A stretch of DNA of 61,514 bases, counting the filler. It is 5 parts of 5 records of this genome, joined end to end, with 100 filler letters (N's around TTAATTAATTAA, not from the genome) between each part and the next. Parts side by side here need not be neighbours in the genome. Positions count along the whole stretch, not along the records: positions 39,323 to 56,076 come from SRR31156797_3766; positions 56,177 to 61,514 come from SRR31156797_3782; 3 more parts are not named here. One strand, written 5' to 3'. The notes beneath the pieces are model-generated. The model worked only from the letters and a program-made list of their open reading frames with translations. It did not search any database and was not told the origin of the DNA. Positions 52,321 through 60,312 of the stretch are shown here, piece by piece. The position numbers and the translations under genes were made by a program. How positions within the stretch are numbered: the first letter of the stretch is position 1; each line of letters begins with the position of its first letter.

Positions 52321-53685
52321 ATGCAAATCGGACGGTATGAAATACGGGGCCTTCTCGGGCGGGGCGGCATGGGTGCGGTGTATAAAGCGGCTATGCCAGT
52401 GACCGGGCGTATTGTCGCGCTCAAGGTTTTAAAACCCGCAGAGATGCTTGAGGACATTGTGGGCGAGGATACGCTCAGGGAAATGTTTTTCAAGGAAGCG
52501 GCCACTATGGCGAGCATCAGCCATGGCAATGTGGCCTCCATTCTGGATGTGGGCACCGGAGATCTCGATACACCACCGCATTTTACCATGGAATATTTTT
52601 GCGGCAATCTCGGTGTGCTTATGGGCGAAAATTATGAGGTTGAGTTGGAATCGCGCCGTCTTGGTGTTGAGGCCTCTCTGCATATTGCACGAGGCATGCT
52701 GCATGGTCTGGATAGGCTGCATTTCGAGGGAGTTGTCCATCGAGACGTCAAGCCATTTAACGTGATGCTTGCCGAGGACCACGGTGGGCCGGGGCAGGTC
52801 AAACTTATTGATTTTGGTCTGAGCAAATTGCGTGGAGAAAAGCCCGTCAGACATAAGGGCATGGTTGTTGGTTCCCCATATTATACCGCTCCTGAGCAGG
52901 AAGCTGATCCAGAAAGCGCTGATGCCCGTTCCGATATTTATTCTGTGGGAGTGACGCTCTATCGTATGCTCACCGGAGCTTTGCCGGAAGAACGTGGCAA
53001 CTCTCAACGGTTGTGCGACATTCATGCGGATCTTGATTGTGCTTGGGATGATTTTTTCGATCAGGCGTTAGCGGTGAATCCAGAAAAAAGATTTCAGGAT
53101 GCCATGGCCATGATTGACGCTCTCAATATTTTGGAAACGGCATGGTTGTCTCAAAAAGATGCTACCTGTGTGGCCCCGGATTTGTTGTTTGAGCCTGAAC
53201 GCCATGATCCAGAATGGTTACCGCGCCATGAATCCGTAAAAGTTGGCAGCAAGGGTGCCCGTGCTTTTTTTGACCTTGATGAATTGTGGAGACCTAATGA
53301 ATATGGTCCCGGCGAGTTTAAGGATTCCGGTGATGGAACAGTTTTGGATCGCGTATCTGGTCGGGTTTGGGAAAAAGCAGGGTCGCGGTATCCTTTGACC
53401 TGGGAACGTGCGCACGCCCACGTAGCTCGGTTGAATCGTCACGGTTTTGCCGGGCATACGGATTGGCGTTTACCTACAGTGGATGAATTGACCACAGTAT
53501 TTACAGGTCGTACCGAGCCGGGCGAATTCTGTTTGGAACCTGTGTTTGATCCACGTAAGGCGCGGCTTTGGTCGTCTGACACTAAGGCCTTTACCGCAGC
53601 ATGGTATGCGGACGCCGAATTGGGTTTTGTCTGGTGGCAGGATAGAACATGTCGCTTCTTTGTTCGAGCTGTGTGTGGTCGCTGA
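52321..53685 (+). CDS. Ser/Thr protein kinase with C-terminal DUF1566 domain
   Basis: LGRGGMGAVY, VALK, HRDVKPFN, DFG, APE, SDIYSVG; then DGTVLD..GRVWE..DWRLPTVDEL..VRAV. Confidence 0.9.
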   Translation: MQIGRYEIRGLLGRGGMGAVYKAAMPVTGRIVALKVLKPAEMLEDIVGEDTLREMFFKEAATMASISHGNVASILDVGTGDLDTPPHFTMEYFCGNLGVLMGENYEVELESRRLGVEASLHIARGMLHGLDRLHFEGVVHRDVKPFNVMLAEDHGGPGQVKLIDFGLSKLRGEKPVRHKGMVVGSPYYTAPEQEADPESADARSDIYSVGVTLYRMLTGALPEERGNSQRLCDIHADLDCAWDDFFDQALAVNPEKRFQDAMAMIDALNILETAWLSQKDATCVAPDLLFEPERHDPEWLPRHESVKVGSKGARAFFDLDELWRPNEYGPGEFKDSGDGTVLDRVSGRVWEKAGSRYPLTWERAHAHVARLNRHGFAGHTDWRLPTVDELTTVFTGRTEPGEFCLEPVFDPRKARLWSSDTKAFTAAWYADAELGFVWWQDRTCRFFVRAVCGR

Positions 53686-53968
53686 CTTCGGATGAGGCGG
53701 GCGAATCGTGCAATGCGGTGAGCTTGATGCCGTCGAGGGTTGAATATTCACCGTTTACCGAGGAGTGAGTCCGACCTTTCGAATGATTCACCGTTCACCG
53801 GGCGTATTTGAACCGTTCACCTAAAAAATGGCGCGGTTGCACGTTTCTTTGAATAAATGATAACGTGTCCAGCGCGGCCATCCCCGCAATGGGAACGACA
53901 TTTCAGAAGGTTGCGGTCCATTTCGACGGAGACCTTGAAGACACAACCATAGATCAGGAGATACCAGA

Positions 53969-55951
53969 ATGAGCGAAGAGAAGAAAATCGAGAGTCTGCA
54001 AAAAGACGGGCAGATATTCGAACCTGACACCTCAATGCAGGCCCAGGCATGGATTCAGAACATGGAAGCCTATGACGCGGCCAATGAAAAGGCGCTCAAT
54101 GATCCTGAAGGCTACTGGGGAGACAGAGCCAAGGAACTTTTGACCTGGTTTTCCGATTTTGATTCCGTACTTGAAGCAGACTACGACAAACCTGAATTCA
54201 AATGGTTCGCTGGCGGTACGACTAATGTTTCCTATAATTGTCTGGATCGGCATTTGACCAATGGTCGTCGTAACAAAGCCGCGCTTATCTGGCAGGGCGA
54301 ACCCGAAGAAGATACCCGGGTCTACACCTATCAGATGTTGCACACCGAGGTTTGCCGTTTCGCCAATGTCTTGAAAAAGAAAGGCGTCAAACGTGGTGAT
54401 CGTGTTGCGCTTTATATGCCCATGATTCCCGAGCTGGCCATTGCCATGCTCGCTTGCACCCGTCTTGGCGCATTGCATTCCATCGTTTTCGCAGGATTTT
54501 CTTCTATCGCGTTGCAATCACGCATCGATGATTGTCAGGCCAAGGTCCTGATTACCTCCGACGCAGTTTTGCGCGCAGGTAAGACCATCCCGCTCAAGCC
54601 CAACGCTGATGAAGCGCTCAAGGATTGCCCCACGGTCGAGCAGTGCATCGTGGTCCAGCGTGGTGGCAACGAAGTCAACATGGTAGAAGGCCGTGATTCC
54701 TGGTGGCACGATGAAATCAGTGCCGATGATATTACCTCCGAGTGCGATTTCGAAAAAATGGAATCCGAAGATCCTCTTTTCATTTTGTACACTTCCGGCT
54801 CCACCGGTAAGCCCAAGGGCGTGCTGCACACCACCGGCGGATATCTGACCTATGCAGCGCATACCACTCAGTACGTGTTCGACGTGAAAGACGACGATGT
54901 CTACTGGTGCACAGCTGATATTGGTTGGATCACCGGTCATTCCTATATTGTATATGGTCCGTTGGCTCTGGGTGCTACATCCGTCATGTTCGAAGGTGTA
55001 CCGAGTTATCCTAAGCCGGATCGTTTTTGGCAGATCGTGGACAAATTCAAGGTTAATATTTTCTACACCGCACCAACTGTTATTCGTGCGCTCATGCGTG
55101 AAGGTGAAGAGTGGACCAAGAAGTACGATCTCTCTTCTCTGCGTCTGCTTGGGTCTGTGGGTGAACCTATTAACCCGGAAGCATGGCTTTGGTATCATAA
55201 CAATGTTGGTGGCGGTAAGTTGCCCATCGTAGATACATGGTGGCAGACCGAGACCGGTGGTATTATGATTTCCGCGATGCCTTACGCTACACCACTCAAA
55301 CCCGGTTCCGCTACAAAAGCCCTGCCCGGTATTTCTGCCAAAATTGTGCGGCGCGATGGTTCGCCTGCCGGTCCCAATGAAGGTGGCCATCTCATTATCG
55401 ACAAACCGTGGCCCGGTATGCTTCGTAATGTCTGGGGCGACCCTGAACGGTACAAGTCCACCTATTTTGCCGGATTCCCCGGAGCGTATGAAGCCGGTGA
55501 TGGTGCCCGCGTAGATGATGATGGGTATTTTTGGATCATGGGTCGTCTGGATGACGTTATCAACGTGTCCGGTCACCGCATGGGTACCGCAGAAATCGAG
55601 TCAGCACTGGTTGCACACAAGGATGTGACGGAAGCCGCAGTCGTCGGTATGCCCCACGACATCAAAGGCGAAACTATTTACGCCTACGTCACTCTCAGGT
55701 CCGGTTTGGAGCCTGACGACGATATGGTCAAGGAACTCAAGATTTGGGTACGTAAGGAGATTGGTCCTATCGCAACGCCTGAATTCATTCAGTTTGCGGA
55801 TGGCCTGCCCAAGACTCGTTCCGGCAAGATTATGCGCCGTGTTTTACGCAAGATCGTTGAAGGTTCAAACGAGTTTGGTGACACCTCGACACTCGCCGAT
55901 CCGGGTGTTGTTACTGATTTGGTTGAAGGAAACAAAGACCTCGTCGGATAG
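53969..55951 (+). CDS. acs: acetate-CoA ligase
   Basis: [44 protein letters not shown]. Confidence 0.97.
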   Translation: MSEEKKIESLQKDGQIFEPDTSMQAQAWIQNMEAYDAANEKALNDPEGYWGDRAKELLTWFSDFDSVLEADYDKPEFKWFAGGTTNVSYNCLDRHLTNGRRNKAALIWQGEPEEDTRVYTYQMLHTEVCRFANVLKKKGVKRGDRVALYMPMIPELAIAMLACTRLGALHSIVFAGFSSIALQSRIDDCQAKVLITSDAVLRAGKTIPLKPNADEALKDCPTVEQCIVVQRGGNEVNMVEGRDSWWHDEISADDITSECDFEKMESEDPLFILYTSGSTGKPKGVLHTTGGYLTYAAHTTQYVFDVKDDDVYWCTADIGWITGHSYIVYGPLALGATSVMFEGVPSYPKPDRFWQIVDKFKVNIFYTAPTVIRALMREGEEWTKKYDLSSLRLLGSVGEPINPEAWLWYHNNVGGGKLPIVDTWWQTETGGIMISAMPYATPLKPGSATKALPGISAKIVRRDGSPAGPNEGGHLIIDKPWPGMLRNVWGDPERYKSTYFAGFPGAYEAGDGARVDDDGYFWIMGRLDDVINVSGHRMGTAEIESALVAHKDVTEAAVVGMPHDIKGETIYAYVTLRSGLEPDDDMVKELKIWVRKEIGPIATPEFIQFADGLPKTRSGKIMRRVLRKIVEGSNEFGDTSTLADPGVVTDLVEGNKDLVG

Positions 55952-55971
55952 TTGTTACAACAATAAGAATG

Positions 55972-56005
55972 AAAAGGCTCTGCACGGTGTGCGGGGCCTT
56001 TTTTT
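55972..56005 (+). terminator. intrinsic terminator after acs
   Basis: AAAAGGCTCTGCAC-GGT-GTGCGGGGCCTTTTTTT. Confidence 0.85.
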
Positions 56006-56076
56006 GCGTTGCGTGCTTCGCAGTAAAAAGGCACACGATATTATTCCAAAGGTTTCGCCTTTACGGCGACCTGCTT

Positions 56077-56176
56077 NNNNNNNNNNNNNNNNNNNNNNNN
56101 NNNNNNNNNNNNNNNNNNNNTTAATTAATTAANNNNNNNNNNNNNNNNNNNNNNNNNNNNNNNNNNNNNNNNNNNN
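56077..56176. other. artificial contig spacer
   Basis: Same linker. Confidence 0.98.
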
Positions 56177-56477
56177 ATAATCTTGATGTGTACATTTTCT
56201 TAAATAAGTTTTCAAACTCATCTGTTTTTCTCTGATATTTTTTAAATACTGAGTAATTAAGTTCTTTAGAAAATTGTCTTACTTTTGGAACTTTAAGCTC
56301 TAAATTAAATTGTAGAGTAGTCATTAATTTTCTTGAGTTATAACCATCAGCACAAGTATCATAACACTCTAAAAACACCTCTCTTTCTTCATACATGATC
56401 TCATTTAGCATATTTTCTATTTGCCCTTTAAAAGTATTAATTATCATTTGTTCTAAATTCCCATTTAGTTCAAACAT
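56177..56477 (-). mobile_element. IS256-like transposase N-terminal fragment (cut by contig end, probably degenerate)
   Basis: IM..ER..FL..DGYNSRKLMT..LELKVPKVR..FKKYQR..MY pattern. Confidence 0.72.
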
Positions 56478-56957
56478 TTAATTCCCCTTCCCTGCTTCAA
56501 AGATAAGTATATTTTATAATCAAAACAATACTTTGTATTTAATTCCCCTTATTAAATTAAATACCAATTAAAATTATATCAAAAAAAAGCAAAAAAGAGT
56601 CAAAATATATCTTAATTTAGACTCTTTTAAATACAAAATAAATTTATCATGATAAGATATAAGTTAAGACCTTTTTTTCGAATCTATGATTCTTCTCTCT
56701 ATTTTTTCTTTTTTTCGCTTTGATATTATACTTAATATTTTAAATAACATGTCAACGACAAGCCCTATCGGGAAAACTAAAAATAATTTATGTTTGGTTA
56801 TTTTATGAGCTAATTAACTTAAAATTTTTTTTATTTTTTCATTGACATAACATTTAAAATAAAGTCATTTTCGAAGCGAGAAAAAAATTTCAAAAAAATG
56901 TTTTTTTATAATATAGGACTGTCCAGAATGGTCTAATTAAAAGGGAGATGATTTAAT

Positions 56958-57272
56958 ATGAAAAGTTTCGAAAGAAAGCAAAAAGAAGGGTTTGCTAAAC
57001 TGAATAATGCACTAGTTAAGGCTGGGTTTAAAAAAGAAGAGATTAGAAAAGGCGTTTTCGAATATAAAAGGCTGATACTAAATGAAGCTAATGATAGAAA
57101 AATATTACAGCATATAACAGTCGTTAAAGGAAGTACATTTAATACTAAGTTTGTAGATGAAATCTACTTCGATGTTAAGACTGGAAAGAAAGTATTTGAA
57201 AGCTCTATAAAAACAGAAGATGTAATAAGCAAACAAGTAAGAATATTAGATTTTAAAGATAAACAATGTTAA
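56958..57272 (+). CDS. hypothetical protein
   Basis: 104-aa ORF with AAGGGAG RBS. Confidence 0.7.
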   Translation: MKSFERKQKEGFAKLNNALVKAGFKKEEIRKGVFEYKRLILNEANDRKILQHITVVKGSTFNTKFVDEIYFDVKTGKKVFESSIKTEDVISKQVRILDFKDKQC

Positions 57273-57376
57273 CTATAGTTAAACAACTTTATACTAAAAT
57301 AGCTATTTTTAGGTGTAGATCACAAAGTTAAATAACCAAAATTTAGATAAAATTGTTTAATACAACTAGACAAAAT

Positions 57377-57403
57377 AAAAGAGCTTGATTAATTTCAAGC
57401 TCT
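57377..57403 (-). terminator. intrinsic terminator at the end of the phage-like operon
   Basis: AAAAGAGCTTGA-TTAATT-TCAAGCTCT. Confidence 0.65.
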
Positions 57404-57689
57404 ACTTAACTTTGACAAATATTAATGCCATTACCTGGACTAAAACTAAGAATAAAATTGATCCAACGGTTCTAGAACCAATTTTCTTTAGGTCAGCTTT
57501 TAATTCCTCAAAATTCTTGTTAAAAGTTAAAATAGGATTATCCTGGACTGCAGTTTTCGTTATCCATTTATTTTGTTTTTCTGCAATAGTATCAACTTTA
57601 AATTCAAGTTTATCATTCTCAATTTCTAACTTATCAACTTTTTCTTTAAGTGTTTTTATATTAACACAATCACCTGTACAGTTATCCAT
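57402..57689 (-). CDS. coiled-coil protein with C-terminal TM helix (holin/XhlA-like)
   Basis: IKTLKEKVDKLEIENDKLE coiled coil, TM VGSILFLVLVQVMALIFV; 2 nt from the peptidase gene. Confidence 0.55.
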   Translation of the reverse strand: MDNCTGDCVNIKTLKEKVDKLEIENDKLEFKVDTIAEKQNKWITKTAVQDNPILTFNKNFEELKADLKKIGSRTVGSILFLVLVQVMALIFVKVK

Positions 57690-57691
57690 AG

Positions 57692-58054
57692 CTAGACCTG
57701 AATATGAGGGGCATCTGGAAAGCCTAACCAGTCAATACCACACTCAATTTGAATACCAAGAATATTAGCACACTTTTTAAAGTGATCTGTTAATATTTTA
57801 AAATTTTCCTCAGTAGTTGGTATTGGATAGAAATCGAGTGCTTTACTTGGTTTAAGATTATGTTTTGACTCGGGGAATTTAAGATTTGATTTTCCTTCTA
57901 GGTAATACTTATCTTGAAGCCATTCTGGTCTTTCCCCTTCCTTGATTGAGAAATCTATTGGTGAAGTTGCTAAAGCATAAGTCATTAAAATAATTAAGTT
58001 ATAGTCACAAGTTAATAATTGTTTCTTTGAGTTCTCACCCCAATGATATTTCAT
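57692..58054 (-). CDS. M15-family L-alanyl-D-glutamate peptidase (endolysin-like)
   Basis: DFSIKEGER..Q..Y, SKH..SKALDFYP, IECGIDWLGFPDAPHIQ; AGGAGG RBS. Confidence 0.85.
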   Translation of the reverse strand: MKYHWGENSKKQLLTCDYNLIILMTYALATSPIDFSIKEGERPEWLQDKYYLEGKSNLKFPESKHNLKPSKALDFYPIPTTEENFKILTDHFKKCANILGIQIECGIDWLGFPDAPHIQV

Positions 58055-58070
58055 ATAGAACCTCCTATTT

Positions 58071-58105
58071 AAAAAGGCTTAATAAGCTACTAACTTATCA
58101 AGCCT
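58071..58105 (-). terminator. intrinsic terminator
   Basis: Minus strand reads AAGGCTTGATAAG-TTAGTAG-CTTATTAAGCCTTTTT. Confidence 0.72.
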
Positions 58106-58124
58106 TATATATTTTAAATTAAAA

Positions 58125-58496
58125 CTATAACGACATGTTTATTGAAACATCTGTTACAGAAGCTCCACCGATTTGTGTCGATTTTAAAGAATTTTTAAGT
58201 GCTAAAATATCAGCCTTGTCATTTGATTGTTTTCCTTTGATGTATACAGCACCTGCACCATCTCTATTACAAACTACTGACATATATTCTAATTCTTTAG
58301 ACCCACCTGCAGGGACTGTGTACGTTCCATCTTCTTCAAAATATCTATGAGAAGCTTTTCTCGCACTTGAGATTCCATCATTCTCTACAATGCCAATAAT
58401 CCCTTGAATATCTGATTCTTTGTAATCTCCAAAAAATTCAAACTTATCACTTGCAATTCCTACTTTTGCTGTTACTATTCCGCCTTTATAATCCAT
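58125..58496 (-). CDS. hypothetical protein, putative phage structural protein
   Basis: 123 aa, AGGAGG RBS, beta-rich pattern, phage-like operon. Confidence 0.6.
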   Translation of the reverse strand: MDYKGGIVTAKVGIASDKFEFFGDYKESDIQGIIGIVENDGISSARKASHRYFEEDGTYTVPAGGSKELEYMSVVCNRDGAGAVYIKGKQSNDKADILALKNSLKSTQIGGASVTDVSINMSL

Positions 58497-58524
58497 TGCG
58501 TTTTCCTCCTATTTTTTTTAATAA

Positions 58525-58920
58525 TTAAAATTTGAACTCTACTTTTACTGGTCTTGAATTAATACCGGGATAATCAGTTGCTGTCTGAGTTAAGATAAAT
58601 GTTTCTAATGCAGTTCTTTTATCTGGATCATCAGCAAAAGGTCCTTTGATAATTCCATATTTACCATTTTCGAAAGTAGTCTTAACAGATGTCATAGTAA
58701 CTGTTTCACTTCCAGTTAATGTTACAGCTTTATAGTCATCCTCTTCAATATTTTTCGTTAAAGTATGACCTTTAAAGACTCTTTCACCATCTGCAGAGAA
58801 AATTGTTTTTAAGCTACTTAACTCAGATTCTAAACAATTATTTACAGTTATAACACCGTCACCATCTTCTTGCTGCCACATTAGAGTAGCTAATCCAATT
58901 TCATTTTGAAATGTTTTCAT
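58525..58920 (-). CDS. hypothetical protein, putative phage structural protein
   Basis: 131 aa, GGAGGT RBS, beta-rich pattern. Confidence 0.6.
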   Translation of the reverse strand: MKTFQNEIGLATLMWQQEDGDGVITVNNCLESELSSLKTIFSADGERVFKGHTLTKNIEEDDYKAVTLTGSETVTMTSVKTTFENGKYGIIKGPFADDPDKRTALETFILTQTATDYPGINSRPVKVEFKF

Positions 58921-58994
58921 TCTTTTTTACCTCCATTTTATTTAATTAGCGCCGCTTGGGCTATAAGCCCAAGGGCGTTGTTACTTGCGTTATT

Positions 58995-59387
58995 CTATCT
59001 ATATTTTACTAAGTGTCTTCTAATTTGAAACTCAGAACCATATATATTTTTCAATTGTAATTCTAACTCTTCAATAGAAACACTTTTTTTTACACCTGCC
59101 ATATATAACTTGTCAGCAGAAACCATTTGACCATTCAGTAAGTATCTTCCAAAAATAGATATATCTCTTTCATCTAAATCATTTTGAATGAGAGAAAATC
59201 TTGTTGTAGTTCTATGCACTTCTTTTACTAAATAAATAGTATTTGCTTCAATGAAATTAATGATTTTATCATCATCAACAAAACTATCTAATATAAAAAC
59301 AAATTGCTTAGATTTACCGTCTACATTAGAGATACAGCTAGCCCACTGTTTGACAGACGTTTTTATTTCTATTTTAGTATAAGCCAT
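58995..59387 (-). CDS. hypothetical protein
   Basis: 130-aa ORF co-oriented in the operon. Confidence 0.65.
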   Translation of the reverse strand: MAYTKIEIKTSVKQWASCISNVDGKSKQFVFILDSFVDDDKIINFIEANTIYLVKEVHRTTTRFSLIQNDLDERDISIFGRYLLNGQMVSADKLYMAGVKKSVSIEELELQLKNIYGSEFQIRRHLVKYR

Positions 59388-59394
59388 AGCATCA

Positions 59395-60066
59395 CTACCC
59401 TATTTTATCCATTATTTTAATCTCTTCTATTAATTGAAGTATTTTTTTAGTCAATACTGGGTTATCAGTCATTTGACTATTTTCAGATTGATTGTAGTCA
59501 GCATAACTATTTGAAAATGTCTTCGCCTCATGATTTCCAGTATTTCTTGTATTTTGAAAATTATTTAAGTCGCCATCGAGTTTATTTAAATCTCTATTTA
59601 ATTCTTCTTTCTTTTGTGACTTTTTAGCATTTCTGATTTTACCATTTAACATACTACCATCACGAAATGGTTTTAAAGTGACATATTCAAATACATTAGC
59701 ATTACCAACCGATTCACTAAAAGTCGGATTAGTTGAATCAATATTGTCACAATCACTATTATATTTAGCAATTCTTTGCTCTTTTAATCCCTCAATATAA
59801 TCAGTTGCTGTGTTTTGCACTTGCATAGCTTGTGTCATGATTTTAGCCTGCATTTGTGCACTAGCATTCATTTTAATATTAGAAGCAAATTTGCCCCAAA
59901 AACTTTCAGGATTAGCAACATCTGGAAAAACTTTATTTAATTCTGTTGTTACATAATCAATAGTAACTTCTAAACCTGCCTCCATAGCAGACTCTATTAT
60001 TATATTTGTAGCACTTGTCATTATTCCAGCAAGAGCATAAGCAATTGCACCAGATAACGGTTCCAT
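59395..60066 (-). CDS. hypothetical phage-like protein (N-terminal hydrophobic helix, Gln/Asn-rich helices)
   Basis: LSGAIAYALAGIMTSA then MNASAQMQAKIMTQAMQVQN; GAGGTG RBS. Confidence 0.65.
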   Translation of the reverse strand: MEPLSGAIAYALAGIMTSATNIIIESAMEAGLEVTIDYVTTELNKVFPDVANPESFWGKFASNIKMNASAQMQAKIMTQAMQVQNTATDYIEGLKEQRIAKYNSDCDNIDSTNPTFSESVGNANVFEYVTLKPFRDGSMLNGKIRNAKKSQKKEELNRDLNKLDGDLNNFQNTRNTGNHEAKTFSNSYADYNQSENSQMTDNPVLTKKILQLIEEIKIMDKIG

Positions 60067-60130
60067 AAATCACCTCTTGATTTACCATTAAAAAAATATT
60101 ATAATTAATAAAAAATATAAAGGAGAAAAA

Positions 60131-60310
60131 ATGAAAAATTCACTTTTAGGACTATTAATTATGATGCCAATGGTAATTATTTGGATTATTATTTTTTATT
60201 TTATTTTTAAACTATTAAATAAAATATTATATAAACAATGCCCATACTGTAAAAGCTATATTAATAAAAAAGCAACTAAATGCAAACATTGTAATTCTTT
60301 TATAAATTGA
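60131..60310 (+). CDS. small membrane-anchored zinc-ribbon protein (59 aa, absent from the ORF track)
   Basis: Hand translation MKNSLLGLLIMMPMVIIWIIIFYFIFKLLNKILYKQCPYCKSYINKKATKCKHCNSFIN*; AAGGAG RBS; CxxC..CxxC. Confidence 0.8.
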   Translation: MKNSLLGLLIMMPMVIIWIIIFYFIFKLLNKILYKQCPYCKSYINKKATKCKHCNSFIN

Positions 60311-60312
60311 CT

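Noticed and set aside
53320-53830. DUF1566 C-terminus as a diversity-generating retroelement target
   Set aside because: No reverse transcriptase and no template-repeat copy of the 3' region seen in the contig.
54518-55576. 352-aa minus-strand ORF and many other short overlapping ORFs
   Set aside because: Antisense or alternate-frame shadows of well-supported genes such as acs; no motifs.
18800-56176. Apparent co-location of epsilonproteobacterial, archaeal, Bacteroidota and Desulfovibrio genes, and the repeated TTAATTAATTAA
   Set aside because: Identical N-flanked linkers show concatenated contigs; no cross-spacer neighbourhood or gene-transfer inference is valid.
56771-56870. dif-like prophage attachment site (TTATGTTTGGT; TTATGTCAAT on the minus strand)
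   Set aside because: Only a partial XerD-arm resemblance in very AT-rich DNA; no convincing XerC arm.
57385-57768. 127-aa plus-strand hydrophobic ORF
   Set aside because: Antisense to the holin-like and peptidase genes, which have better operon support.
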